Shown: positions 19,354 to 31,573 of the stretch, piece by piece | Layout of the letters: every line of letters begins with the position of its first letter | How positions within the stretch are numbered: the stretch's first letter is position 1 | DNA from: Elusimicrobiota bacterium | GTDB taxonomy: Bacteria; Elusimicrobiota; Elusimicrobia; UBA1565 | Direction of reading: 5' to 3' | Length of the DNA stretch: 64,000 nucleotides | Assembly: GCA_043827405.1 (NCBI GenBank) | Contig: JBDRPD010000053.1 | Location: 96,221-160,220, forward strand | The notes under the pieces: model-generated | Told to the model about the DNA's origin: nothing | The model's database searches: none | The model's input: the letters and a program-made list of their open reading frames with translations, nothing else | Program-made: the position numbers and the translations under genes

Positions 19354-20085
19354 CTATAGTCCTAGGCCTCCAAAGAAACGGGTCCAGGACGGAAAAAACG
19401 ACAGCGGCCAGGTCGCCAGACGGGAAAACCAGCCGGCCGCCAGCACCGCGCCAAGCAGGATCAGCAGAATACCCGCCCCGCGCTCAATGGCGGGCAGCTT
19501 CGGCTTGATGCGGTTGAGCAGCGGGATAGCCCGCTCCAGCGCCAGCGCGCAGAGAAACAGCGGCAGCGCCATGCCCAGCGAGTAGATGCTCAAAAGCAGC
19601 ACCCCGGTCCCGACCGAACCGCTGCGCCCGGCCATCACCAGAATCGCGCTCAGCTGGGGCCCCACGCAGGGCGTCCAACCGGCGGCGAAAGCCGCGCCGA
19701 CAAGCACATTGCCCAGCAGGCCCGCCGGCTTCCGGTCGAAGTGGAATCGCCCTTCCTTATGGAGAAAGCCCACTTTGAGCACGCCCACCATCCACAAGCC
19801 GAACAGGACCAGCGCGATCCCGCCCAGCCGTTCGATCCAAACGCGGTAAGCGAACAGCACCCGGCCGAGATACGACGCCGAAGCGCCCATGGCGATGAAC
19901 ACCAGCGAGAAGCCGAGGATGAAGAAGCCGGCATTGATCAGCACCAGACGCCGGGGCGTCTTCGAGGTCAGCTCATCGAAGGTCGCACCGCTCAGCGTCG
20001 CCAGATACACCGGTATCAGGGGCAGGACGCAGGGCGACACGAAGCTGGCCAGCCCCGCGACGAAGGCCAATCCGACTTCCACCAT
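19354..20085 (-). CDS. ccdA: Cytochrome c-type biogenesis / disulfide-reductant transfer protein CcdA (DsbD transmembrane-domain family)
   Basis: A polytopic membrane protein with the two conserved Cys in TM helices (FVSPCVLPLIP ... GWTPCVGPQL). Confidence 0.75.
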   Translation of the reverse strand: MVEVGLAFVAGLASFVSPCVLPLIPVYLATLSGATFDELTSKTPRRLVLINAGFFILGFSLVFIAMGASASYLGRVLFAYRVWIERLGGIALVLFGLWMVGVLKVGFLHKEGRFHFDRKPAGLLGNVLVGAAFAAGWTPCVGPQLSAILVMAGRSGSVGTGVLLLSIYSLGMALPLFLCALALERAIPLLNRIKPKLPAIERGAGILLILLGAVLAAGWFSRLATWPLSFFPSWTRFFGGLGL

Positions 20086-20088
20086 CCG

Positions 20089-20991
20089 CTAGACGGAAAC
20101 GGCTGCGCCCTTCATCGTCCGGGCGACTACCTCTCCAATCTCGCTGAGATTCTCGACCACATGGATGCCGACCCGCCGCAGCGCCTCGACCTTGGCGGCA
20201 TAAGTGCCCGATCCGCCCTCGATGATGGCCCCCGCATGTCCCATCCGGCGCCCGGGAGGCGCGGTAGAACCGGCGATAAAGGCGTAGACCGGCTTGGACA
20301 TATGCTGCTTGTAGTATTCGGCGGCGTCCTCTTCCGCGGTGCCGCCGATCTCGCCGATAAGGACGCAGAGCTTGGTCGCGTCGTCTTCCTCGAACATCTT
20401 CAGCGCGTCGGTATGGCTGGTGCCGGCGATCGGATCACCGCCGATCCCGACCACGGTGGACTGCCCGATGCCCTGGGTAGTCAGCTGCCATACCGCCTCA
20501 TAGGTCAAGGTCCCCGAGCGCGACACCAGGCCGACCGGGCCCGGCTTGTGGATATAGCCCGGCATGATGCCGGCCTTGCACTCGCCCGGCGTGATCACGC
20601 CCGGGCAGTTGGGTCCCACCAACCGGACCTTCTCGCCCGCCGCGCGGCGGCGGTCCAGATCGGCCTTCACCCGCGCCATATCCATCACCGGTATGCCCTC
20701 GGTAATGCAGATAATCACCTCAATGCCGGCGTCGGCTGCTTCGAGGATCGCGTCGCCGGCGAACGGCGGCGGAACGAAGATCAGCGTGGCGTTGGCGCCG
20801 GTGGAGCGCACCGCGTCCTCGACCGTATTGAAGACGGGGCGGTCGAGGTGGGTCAGGCCGCCCTTGGTGGGCGTGACGCCGCCCACGATCTGGGTGCCGT
20901 ATTCGATGCACTGCTTGGCGTGGAACGTGCCTGTTCCGCCGGTGAAGCCTTGGACGATGATCTTGGAATCTTTATTCAGCAGAATGCTCAT
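20089..20991 (-). CDS. sucD: Succinyl-CoA synthetase alpha subunit
   Basis: The CoA-binding motif GFTGGTGTF, the phospho-His region (GHAGAII) and the SucD C-terminus are present. The preferred start is the ATG at 20991 ([15 protein letters not shown]); the track start at 21036 is an extension. Confidence 0.9.
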   Translation of the reverse strand: MSILLNKDSKIIVQGFTGGTGTFHAKQCIEYGTQIVGGVTPTKGGLTHLDRPVFNTVEDAVRSTGANATLIFVPPPFAGDAILEAADAGIEVIICITEGIPVMDMARVKADLDRRRAAGEKVRLVGPNCPGVITPGECKAGIMPGYIHKPGPVGLVSRSGTLTYEAVWQLTTQGIGQSTVVGIGGDPIAGTSHTDALKMFEEDDATKLCVLIGEIGGTAEEDAAEYYKQHMSKPVYAFIAGSTAPPGRRMGHAGAIIEGGSGTYAAKVEALRRVGIHVVENLSEIGEVVARTMKGAAVSV

Positions 20992-22157
20992 TTCCCCCCC
21001 CCTACGGCCGCGACCGCTTTCTGCGCCGCGCTCCAAAGACTGTCGGCCAGCGTCATGGAGATTCCGGAATCCGCCATGAGGGCCTTGCCCTTTTCCACAT
21101 TCGTCCCCTCGAGGCGGACGACCAGCGGCACCTTGAGCTTCACTTTCTTGGCCGCGGCGATCACGCCCTCGGCGATCACGTCGCAGCGCATGATGCCGCC
21201 GAAGATGTTGACCAGGATCGCCTTGACCTTCTTGTCCTTGAGTATGATCTGGAAGGCCTTGGTGACCTGCTCGGCGGTGGCGCCGCCGCCCACGTCCAGG
21301 AAGTTCGCGGGCTGGCCGCCGGCGAGCGCGATGGTGTCCATGGTCCCCATCGCCAAACCGGCGCCGTTGACCATGCAGCCGATATTGCCGTCGAGCCCGA
21401 TATAGGACAGCCCGGTTTTCTTGGCTTCCCGCTCTAGCGCCGTCGCCTCGGTATCCTTGCGTTTGGCGAGGTCCTTTTGCCGGAACAGCGCGTTGTCGTC
21501 GGTTACGACCTTGCCGTCGAGCGCCACCAGCTCGCCCTTGGCGGTGATCACCAGCGGGTTGACTTCGACCAGCGAGGCATCAAGCTTGATAAACACCTGC
21601 ACCAGCCGCGTCGCCATTTGCGCGAAGGCGCCGAGCAGCTTCGGCGGGATGTCGAGCGCGAAGGCCAGACGCCGGGCCTGGTAGCCCTGCAGCCCGGCGA
21701 CCGGATCGACGGGCTCCTTGAGGATCGCCTGCGGCTTGGTCTTGGCCAGCGTCTCAATCTCCACTCCGCCCTCGGCCGAGGCGACGATAACCGGGCGGCC
21801 GGCCCGCCGGTCCATGGTGATCGAGAAGTATATCTCGCGCGCGATCTTGGAGGCCTGGTCGACGAGGACCTCCTTGACCTTCAGCCCCTTGCCCTGGGTC
21901 TGATGCGTCACCAGCATCATGCCGACCATATTCTTAGCCGCCTCGCGCGCCTCTTTCGGGGTCTTGACCAGCTTGACGCCGCCGCCCTTGCCGCGGCCGC
22001 CGGCCAGCACTTGCGCCTTCAGCACCCAGGGGCCTTTGCCGGCGCGCTTAAGCGCCGCCGGCAGCTGGCGGGCGTCGGTTATGACTCCTCCGGTCGCGGG
22101 GACCGCGATGCCGAAGGACCGGAAAACATCTTTGGCTTCATATTCAAGTAGTTTCAT
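20988..22157 (-). CDS. sucC: Succinyl-CoA synthetase beta subunit (ATP-grasp)
   Basis: The sequence [20 protein letters not shown]... matches SucC along its full length. Its stop overlaps the sucD start. Confidence 0.9.
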   Translation of the reverse strand: MKLLEYEAKDVFRSFGIAVPATGGVITDARQLPAALKRAGKGPWVLKAQVLAGGRGKGGGVKLVKTPKEAREAAKNMVGMMLVTHQTQGKGLKVKEVLVDQASKIAREIYFSITMDRRAGRPVIVASAEGGVEIETLAKTKPQAILKEPVDPVAGLQGYQARRLAFALDIPPKLLGAFAQMATRLVQVFIKLDASLVEVNPLVITAKGELVALDGKVVTDDNALFRQKDLAKRKDTEATALEREAKKTGLSYIGLDGNIGCMVNGAGLAMGTMDTIALAGGQPANFLDVGGGATAEQVTKAFQIILKDKKVKAILVNIFGGIMRCDVIAEGVIAAAKKVKLKVPLVVRLEGTNVEKGKALMADSGISMTLADSLWSAAQKAVAAVGGGK

Positions 22158-22238
22158 CGGGGATGGGCTCCAAGCGGAAATTTAGTCCGATTTGACTCCG
22201 CATAATTTGAGCAAATGGTAACATATTGAAAAAGCGGC

Positions 22239-25080
<2,842 letters not shown>

Positions 25081-25084
<4 letters not shown>

Positions 25085-25116
25085 CTTTCTCTGACATTTC
25101 CTGACACCCCCTGACA
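25081..25116 (+). promoter_or_regulatory. Four direct CTGACA repeats phased at exactly 10 bp (CTGACtttctCTGACAtttcCTGACAccccCTGACA), about 70-105 nt upstream of the receiver-domain gene
   Basis: Read directly from the sequence. The first repeat includes the korB stop codon. A CATAAT -10-like hexamer follows at about 25150. Confidence 0.45.
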
Positions 25117-25185
25117 TGTACGGTATTGCCCCCCCGCATCCGGCGCCGCATAATATCGTACGGACGATTCCTCCCCCCTTTGACC

Positions 25186-25614
25186 ATGAACGCCGACTAC
25201 GACATGTTCCGGGCCTCGCGCCCCAAGAAAGTGCTGATCGTCGACGACGATAAGGATCTCCTCGAGGTGTATCAGGACGCGCTGCGCCGGCTGGATTTCG
25301 CCGTGGAGATATGCGCCGACGGCTACGCGGCGCTGCGGCGCATGGAGGAAACGCTGTTCGACGTCGTAGTGCTGGATTTGATGATGCCCAACTGCACGGG
25401 CTTCGAAGTCCTGCTGCAGCTGCAGCGCAAGGAGGGGCCCAAGCCGGCGGTGATCGTCATCACCGGCGCGCACAAAGACCCGGATACCGTCGAACGCATT
25501 CGCCGGGAGCCCGTAGTTTTTGACTTCCTCTTCAAGCCCTGCCGGCTGATGGTATTGGCGGATACGATACGCCGGGCCGTTCCGGCCCAGCTGCCGGGCT
25601 GTCCTACTTCTTAG
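25186..25614 (+). CDS. Stand-alone response-regulator receiver domain protein (CheY-like)
   Basis: KKVLIVDDDKDLLEVYQDALRRLDFAVEICADGYAAL...FDVVVLDLMMPNCTGFEVL carries the phospho-acceptor Asp context. There is no output domain. An ATG start. Confidence 0.75.
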   Translation: MNADYDMFRASRPKKVLIVDDDKDLLEVYQDALRRLDFAVEICADGYAALRRMEETLFDVVVLDLMMPNCTGFEVLLQLQRKEGPKPAVIVITGAHKDPDTVERIRREPVVFDFLFKPCRLMVLADTIRRAVPAQLPGCPTS

Positions 25615-26323
25615 CCTTGTTCTTGGTCTTCTTGGCGGGCTTGCCCAGCGAACGCAGATAGGCGACCAGGTCAGCGATCTCCGACTCCTTCAGGTTGCTG
25701 GCGTATTTCGGCATCCGCTTGCCTTTGCCCTGGGTGGTGAAGCCGATCAGGGCTTTATCGCTCTGCGTGAGCGTCCCCTCGTCGGTCAGGTCAAGCGCCG
25801 GAAGCTCCAGCTTGAAAGCCTTGGCGATTCCCGCCTTACCCTTGGCGTCCTCACCGTGGCAGCCGCCGCATTTCTTGGCGAACAGGGCCGCCGTCTCGGG
25901 GGCGACGGGCTTCTCCTCAGAGCCCTTGGTTTTCGCCGTCTTTCCCTCGCCCTTGCCCAACGAGCGCATGTAGGCCACCACGCCGGCCACATCGGAGGCT
26001 GAGAGCTTCCCTTGGTAGGACGGCATTTTGCCCTTGCCGCCGGTGATGAGAGCGATAAGCTGCTGGTCGCTCTGTTGGCGCGTCGTTTTATCCGTGAGAT
26101 CGAGCGCGGCGGCCTTGAGCTTGAACATCTTCGCCATCTTGACGTTGCCCTTGGCATCCTGGCCGTGGCAGGACGCGCATTGTTTCGCGAAGACACCCCG
26201 GCCGGCCGGGCCCTCGGCGCGCACCGGACAGGTCAGGATAGCCGCCATCAGCCCAAAAGCAACCGCCACGACAATCAGTTCATCCCCGGCATCCATGTCC
26301 AATACCTCCGCAGCCAAATCCAT
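25604..26323 (-). CDS. Diheme c-type cytochrome (class I)
   Basis: Two CxxCH haem-binding motifs (CASCHGQ, CGGCHGE) lie in duplicated roughly 90-aa modules, each with a Met ligand region. There is an N-terminal membrane anchor or signal and a Lys-rich C-terminal tail. Confidence 0.75.
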   Translation of the reverse strand: MDLAAEVLDMDAGDELIVVAVAFGLMAAILTCPVRAEGPAGRGVFAKQCASCHGQDAKGNVKMAKMFKLKAAALDLTDKTTRQQSDQQLIALITGGKGKMPSYQGKLSASDVAGVVAYMRSLGKGEGKTAKTKGSEEKPVAPETAALFAKKCGGCHGEDAKGKAGIAKAFKLELPALDLTDEGTLTQSDKALIGFTTQGKGKRMPKYASNLKESEIADLVAYLRSLGKPAKKTKNKAKK

Positions 26324-26361
26324 CCATAAAGTACAACATCCTTATCGGCTTATCTGAAAAA

Positions 26362-26820
26362 TTATTTCCCGCAGCGGCAGCGCCCTTCCACCGCTTTATA
26401 ATAGTCGCTGGAAATCACCATGCACTGACCGGCGATATTGATCAGCAGCGCATTAAACTTCTCCTGCCGCGCGAACTCAATGAGCTGAACGGGCGAGAGC
26501 TCGAGCCAGTCGACCACGGTATCGTGCGCCTTGAGCGCCCCGATATCGGAGAATACCAGCAGCGCGGTCTCACCGGTCCCGTTGTCGGCCAGCAGAAAAT
26601 CCAGCTGCTGATCGGATTCGACGACTCGGCGGGCGGCGCGCAGTTCCTCCGGCAGCGCCCGGACGCCGACCAGCGGCCGGCTCTTGGCCAGCGCCGCGCA
26701 TACCGCGCCGAAGGCCGCGGCGGACTTCAGCAGATCGCCCTTAAGCGCCAAAAACTTATCCATCGCCTTATCCAGCTCGGGATTAACCGGAAGCTCGACG
26801 CCGTTCTTGTTGTTGGCCAT
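26362..26820 (-). CDS. Hypothetical protein (weak SseB-like similarity)
   Basis: 152 aa; TALLVFSDIGAL...QLIEFARQEKFNALLINIAG loosely resembles SseB-family proteins, and a CxC sits at the C-terminus. This is a low-confidence family call. Confidence 0.35.
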   Translation of the reverse strand: MANNKNGVELPVNPELDKAMDKFLALKGDLLKSAAAFGAVCAALAKSRPLVGVRALPEELRAARRVVESDQQLDFLLADNGTGETALLVFSDIGALKAHDTVVDWLELSPVQLIEFARQEKFNALLINIAGQCMVISSDYYKAVEGRCRCGK

Positions 26821-27093
26821 GCTCTTCCCCCTCTAAATCCTATACGCTGGCGCAGGCCGGCGGATATGGGACCTGCTGATATTATAGCGCCTCACATACG
26901 CCATATGCCGCCGGGACTTCCTTCGCGCGCTAAAAAAATCTAAAATACAGCCGCTAGGAAAGTCCTGCGGCGCATGCAGGACCCCTGGGCCAGCTTTAGC
27001 CGGTTCCGACAGACCCCATCGGCGCTCTTGCCGAACTTCCGGGGTCCCGGTGGTAGGCGCCCTCACTACATCATCTGTACAGAGGAGGATATT

Positions 27094-28422
27094 ATGGCTG
27101 AGGCCAAGAAGATTATCATCATTGGAGCCGCGGGACGGGATTTCCACAATTTCAACGTCCATTTCCGCAACAACCCCGAATACGAGGTGGTGGCGTTTAC
27201 CGCCTTCCAGATCCCCGGCATTGCGGGACGAACTTATCCCCCGGAGCTTTCCGGAGAGCGCTACCCCGAGGGTATCCCGATTCACGACGAGAGCGAGCTC
27301 GCCGACCTCATCCGGAAACATAAGGTCGAGGCCTGCATATTCTCCTACAGCGACGTCTCGCACAACGACGTCATGCACCGCGCCTCGCTGGTGACCTCCA
27401 CCGGCGCCGACTTCGTCATCCTCGACGCGAGCAAGACCATGATCAAGTCCAACAAGCCCGTCATTTCCGTCTGCGCCGTACGCACGGGCTGCGGCAAGAG
27501 CCAGACCTCGCGCGCGGTCGCCCAGCTGCTGCGCGCCAAAGGCAAGAAGGTCGTCCTGGTGCGCCATCCCATGCCGTACGGCGACCTGAGCGCCCAGCGC
27601 TGCCAGCGCTTCGCTTCGGTCGAGGACATGGACAAGGCCGATTGCACCTTCGAGGAGCGCGAGGAGTACGAGGCGCATACCCAGCTCGGCCTCGTGGTCT
27701 ATGCGGGCGTGGATTATGAGGAGATTCTGCGCTCGGCGGAAAAAGAGGCGGACATCATCCTGTGGGACGGCGGCAACAACGATACCCCCTTCTTCAAGCC
27801 CGACCTGAGCATCGTGCTGGTCGATCCGCACCGGGCGGGCCATGAGGTCCTCTACCATCCGGGAGAGACCAACCTGCGGATGGCGGACGTCATCCTCGTC
27901 AACAAGGTCGGCACCGCGAAGGTAAAAGACATCGCGACGGTCGAAGCGAATGCCAGAAAAGCCAACCCCAACGCCCTGATCATCCGCGCCGAGTCGACGG
28001 TCACCGCCAAGGACCCCGACGCCATCAAGGACAAGAGGGTTCTGGTGATCGAGGACGGACCGACGCTGACCCACGGCGAGATGACCTTCGGCGCCGGACA
28101 TGTGGCGGCGCGCAAGCACGGCGCGGCGGAGATCGTGGACCCGCGGCCGTACGCGGTCGGCTCGATCAAGAAGACCTTCGAGAAATACACCCACCTGACC
28201 GACATCCTGCCGGCCATGGGCTACGGCGACACGCAGACCAGAGAGCTGCAGGAGACGATCGACAATACTCCGTGCGACGTGGTTCTTGTCGGCACGCCCT
28301 TCGATATCGGCCGCATCATCAAGAGCGACCGGCCGATGATCCGCGTGACCTACGAAATGGACGCCACCGGCAGAAATGCGCTCGGCGGCATTATCGACGA
28401 GTTCCTGACCAAGCACAGCTAA
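27094..28422 (+). CDS. P-loop NTPase of the cyclic 2,3-diphosphoglycerate-synthetase-like (CPGS-like) family, function unknown
   Basis: The ATG at 27094 has a perfect AGGAGG Shine-Dalgarno 7 nt upstream; the track start at 26974 is an extension. A Walker-A motif RTGCGKSQTS is present, together with an N-terminal Rossmann-like segment (IIIIGAAGRDFHNF). It is co-directional with, and 21 nt upstream of, carbamate kinase. Confidence 0.5.
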   Translation: MAEAKKIIIIGAAGRDFHNFNVHFRNNPEYEVVAFTAFQIPGIAGRTYPPELSGERYPEGIPIHDESELADLIRKHKVEACIFSYSDVSHNDVMHRASLVTSTGADFVILDASKTMIKSNKPVISVCAVRTGCGKSQTSRAVAQLLRAKGKKVVLVRHPMPYGDLSAQRCQRFASVEDMDKADCTFEEREEYEAHTQLGLVVYAGVDYEEILRSAEKEADIILWDGGNNDTPFFKPDLSIVLVDPHRAGHEVLYHPGETNLRMADVILVNKVGTAKVKDIATVEANARKANPNALIIRAESTVTAKDPDAIKDKRVLVIEDGPTLTHGEMTFGAGHVAARKHGAAEIVDPRPYAVGSIKKTFEKYTHLTDILPAMGYGDTQTRELQETIDNTPCDVVLVGTPFDIGRIIKSDRPMIRVTYEMDATGRNALGGIIDEFLTKHS

Positions 28423-28443
28423 GGCGTCGTCGCGAGGCGGCAT

Positions 28444-29409
28444 ATGAGCACCCGTAAGTCGAAGCGGCCCAAAGTTGTGGTCATGGCGCTGGGCGGAAAC
28501 GCCATCATCCAGCCCGGCCAAAAGGGAACGATCACCGAGCAGTTCGCCAACACCCGCACGGCGCTGGCCGGCGTGACCAGCCTGATCCGCATGGGCTATC
28601 GCGTCGTCATAACGCACGGCAACGGGCCGCAGGTAGGCAACCGCCTGCTGCAGTCCGAGGCCGCCTCGAAGAAGGTCCCCGACATGCCGCTGGGCGTCCT
28701 GGTGGCCGACAGCCAGGGCGGCATGGGCTATATGATCCAGCAGTCGCTGCAAAACCTGCTGTGGCGGCGCAGGATGAAGCGGCCGGTGGTGACCATGCTC
28801 ACCCAGGTGCTGGTGGACCGCAAGGACCCGCGGCTGAAGAAGGCGACCAAGCCCATCGGGCCGTTCTTCAGCCCCCAGGAAGCGCGGCCGCTGATGCGCA
28901 AGAAGGGCTGGATCATGAAGGAAGACGCCGGACGCGGCTGGCGCCGCCTGGTCCCCTCGCCGATGCCGATCAAGATCGTGGAGCACCGGACCATCAAGCG
29001 CCTGATCAAGGCCGGCATCATCGTCATCGCCGCCGGCGGCGGCGGCATCCCGGTCGTGCTTGAGCCCAACGGCGACTTCGAAGGCGTCGACGTGGTGGTC
29101 GACAAGGACCTCGCCTCGACCATCCTGGCCATCAACGCCAAAGCCGAGACGCTGATCATTACCACCGGAGTCGACAAGGTCGCCCTGAACTACAACACTC
29201 CGCAGCAAATAGAGCTGGACCGCCTGACGGTGAAGGAGGCCAAGCGCTGCCTGCGGCAGGGGCACTTCCCCGCCGGCAGCATGGGGCCGAAGATCGAGGC
29301 CTCCATCATGTTTCTGGAGAACGGCGGCAGCAACGTCATCATCACCTCGCCGGAAAAAGTGCTGGACGCCATCCGCGGCAAAGCGGGAACCCATATCGTG
29401 AGGAAATAA
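28444..29409 (+). CDS. arcC: Carbamate kinase
   Basis: KVVVMALGGNAI...VITHGNGPQVG...IIVIAAGGGGIPV are amino-acid-kinase-family carbamate kinase motifs. Confidence 0.85.
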   Translation: MSTRKSKRPKVVVMALGGNAIIQPGQKGTITEQFANTRTALAGVTSLIRMGYRVVITHGNGPQVGNRLLQSEAASKKVPDMPLGVLVADSQGGMGYMIQQSLQNLLWRRRMKRPVVTMLTQVLVDRKDPRLKKATKPIGPFFSPQEARPLMRKKGWIMKEDAGRGWRRLVPSPMPIKIVEHRTIKRLIKAGIIVIAAGGGGIPVVLEPNGDFEGVDVVVDKDLASTILAINAKAETLIITTGVDKVALNYNTPQQIELDRLTVKEAKRCLRQGHFPAGSMGPKIEASIMFLENGGSNVIITSPEKVLDAIRGKAGTHIVRK

Positions 29410-29410
29410 C

Positions 29411-30643
29411 ATGAGCAAGACCCAGGATTATCTCGACAAGGACAAGAAGTACGGGGCGCAGAACTATGCCCCCCTGCCCGTCATTCTCGAGCGCGGCGAA
29501 GGCGTCTTCGTCTGGGACGTCGAAGGCAACCGCTACTTCGACATGCTCAGCGCCTACAGCGCGGTCAACCAGGGGCACAACCATCCCAAGATCATCGCCG
29601 CCGCCAAGAAGCAGATGGACGTGCTGTGTCTGACCTCGCGCGCCTTTCACAACGACCGCATGCCGGACTTTCTGGAGAAGCTGTGCAAACTCTCCGGCAA
29701 GGAGAAAGCCCTGCTCATGAACACCGGCGCCGAGGGCATCGAGACCGCCATCAAGGCTATGCGCCGCTGGGGCTATGAGATCAAAGGCGTGGAGAAGGAT
29801 AAGGCGGAGATCATCGTCTGCCGGGAGAACTTCCACGGCCGCACCACCACTATCGTCGGCTTCTCCACCGATCCGGTCGCCTATGAGGGCTACGGCCCGA
29901 CGACGCCGGGGTTCGTGATCATCCCTTTCGACGATCCGGACGCCCTGGAGAAAGCGGTCACCCCGAACACCGTGGGCTTTTTGGTCGAGCCGGTACAGGG
30001 CGAAGCCGGCGTGCGCGTCCCGGCCGAGGACTACCTCAAGAAGGTCCGCGATATCTGCACCCGGAACAAAGTGCTGCTGTGCGTCGATGAGATCCAGACC
30101 GGGCTCGGCCGCACCGGCAAGAACTTCTGCTTCCAGAACAGCGGCATCACGCCCGACCTGATCGTCATGGGCAAGGCGCTCTCGGGCGGCGTATATCCGA
30201 TCTCCGCCGTGGTCGCCGACGCCGCGGTCATGGACGTGTTCAAGCCCGGCACCCACGGCAGCACCTACGGCGGCAACCCGCTGGCCGCCGCCATCGGCAG
30301 CGCCGCCATCGACGTCCTGCTCGAGGAAGACCTGCCGGAGAAGGCCATCGAGCTCGGCGCCTACTTCCGGGCCAAGCTCGACACGCTCAAGAACGGCAAG
30401 GTCAAGGAGGTCCGCAGCAAGGGCATGCTTCTGGCCATCGAGTTCACCGAACCCATCGCCAAAAAGTTCTGCAAGAAGATGATGGCCGGCGGCATCCTGG
30501 CCAAGGACACCCATGACGTCACGGTGCGCTTCGCCCCGCCCCTGGTCATCACCAAGGCGCAGATCGACGAAGCCTTCGCCGTGATCGAGAAAGCGTTTAA
30601 GGAGCTGTTCGCGGAAGGCGCCTGTTCCTGCTCCTGCGGCTGA
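29411..30643 (+). CDS. rocD: Ornithine aminotransferase (class III PLP aminotransferase)
   Basis: The sequence YGAQNYAPLPVILERGEGVFVWDVEGNRYFDMLSAYSAVNQGHNHPKI is OAT-like, with DEIQTGLGRTG and the lysine context MGKALSGGVYPISA. It begins 2 nt after the arcC stop. Confidence 0.8.
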   Translation: MSKTQDYLDKDKKYGAQNYAPLPVILERGEGVFVWDVEGNRYFDMLSAYSAVNQGHNHPKIIAAAKKQMDVLCLTSRAFHNDRMPDFLEKLCKLSGKEKALLMNTGAEGIETAIKAMRRWGYEIKGVEKDKAEIIVCRENFHGRTTTIVGFSTDPVAYEGYGPTTPGFVIIPFDDPDALEKAVTPNTVGFLVEPVQGEAGVRVPAEDYLKKVRDICTRNKVLLCVDEIQTGLGRTGKNFCFQNSGITPDLIVMGKALSGGVYPISAVVADAAVMDVFKPGTHGSTYGGNPLAAAIGSAAIDVLLEEDLPEKAIELGAYFRAKLDTLKNGKVKEVRSKGMLLAIEFTEPIAKKFCKKMMAGGILAKDTHDVTVRFAPPLVITKAQIDEAFAVIEKAFKELFAEGACSCSCG

Positions 30644-31573
30644 TCAGCCCGCGAGCAAGGTAATCAGCGCCTTCTGCGCGTGCAGGCGGTTTTCCGCCTC
30701 ATCGAGCATGGCGCACTGCGGCCCGTAGGCCACGTCGTGCGTAATCTCCTCGCCGTAATGCGCGGGGAGACAGTGCAGGACGATGGCGTCGGGCTTGGCG
30801 AGCTTCACCAGTTCGGCGTTCACCTGATAGCCGGCGAACTCCTGGCGGCGCTTCTCGGCCTCTTCTTCCTGCCCCATAGACGCCCAGACATCGGTGTAGA
30901 TCACGTCGGCGTCTTTGGCCGCCTCTTTGGGATCATCGAGCACGACCAGGCTGCCGCCGGTTTTCTTCCCCGTCTCTTCGGACCAGGCGCGCACCTCGTC
31001 GACCACTTTATAGCCGGAAGGCGAAGCCACCGCCACCTGCATGCCGAAGGGGATGCCGCCGAAGGCCAGCGAGTTGGCGCAGTTATTGCCGTCGCCGATA
31101 AAGGCCAGCTTCAAGCCGTCGAGCTTGCCCTTGCGCTCGATAATGGTCTGCATGTCCGCCAGCGCCTGGCAGGGATGCGCGAGGTCGCTGAGCCCGTTAA
31201 TGACCGGGACGTCCGCGTACTTGGCCAAATCCTCGATGATCTTATGGCCGAAGACGCGCGCCATGATAATGTCGACCTGGCGCGACAGCACCTTGGCGAT
31301 GTCCTCGGTGGTCTCGCGCTTGCCCAGGCCGATATCGGAAGGCCCGAGGTACATCGCCGCGCCGCCCATCTGGAACATGCCGGTCTCAAACGATACGCGC
31401 GTGCGCAGCGACGGCTTCTGGAAAATCATCGCCATCATCTTCCCCCGCATCGGCAGGGGACGCTCGCCGGCCTTGTAGGCCTTCTTCATGGCGGCCGCGG
31501 TATCCAGGATGTGCTGGATCTCATCTCGGGAAAAGTCCTTGAGCGTTGTCAGACTCCGGTTCTTAAGGTTCAT
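30644..31573 (-). CDS. argF: Ornithine carbamoyltransferase
   Basis: The STRTR motif (SLRTRVSFE), HPCQALAD and HCLPAHYGEE are present, over an OTCase-length protein (309 aa). It could act catabolically (arcB-like) given the adjacent carbamate kinase. Confidence 0.85.
   Translation of the reverse strand: MNLKNRSLTTLKDFSRDEIQHILDTAAAMKKAYKAGERPLPMRGKMMAMIFQKPSLRTRVSFETGMFQMGGAAMYLGPSDIGLGKRETTEDIAKVLSRQVDIIMARVFGHKIIEDLAKYADVPVINGLSDLAHPCQALADMQTIIERKGKLDGLKLAFIGDGNNCANSLAFGGIPFGMQVAVASPSGYKVVDEVRAWSEETGKKTGGSLVVLDDPKEAAKDADVIYTDVWASMGQEEEAEKRRQEFAGYQVNAELVKLAKPDAIVLHCLPAHYGEEITHDVAYGPQCAMLDEAENRLHAQKALITLLAG

Noticed and set aside
22158-22238. Sigma70-like -35/-10 hexamers in the divergent sucC/korA intergenic region.
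   Set aside because: Several TTGA.. and ..TAAT-like hexamers are present but with inconsistent spacing. A promoter is certainly there, but the exact elements cannot be called by eye.
26833-29418. An 861-aa minus-strand ORF spanning the CPGS-like and carbamate kinase genes.
   Set aside because: It is antisense to two plus-strand genes with clear homology. It has a Gly/Ala/Arg/Asp-rich composition and no recognisable motifs, making it a typical high-GC antisense artefact. The same reasoning applies to 51887..53896(+), 56852..58315(-), 58409..59404(-), 22623..24017(-), 24236..25117(-), 16894..18693(+), 11982..13586(+), 13559..14794(+), 19741..21405(+), 49326..51512(+), 8264..9376(-), 29342..30514(-), 30680..31594(+), 31597..32643(+), 33480..34541(-), 36179..37808(-), 38993..39961(+), 43084..44181(+), 55215..56804(+) and 59456..60118(-).
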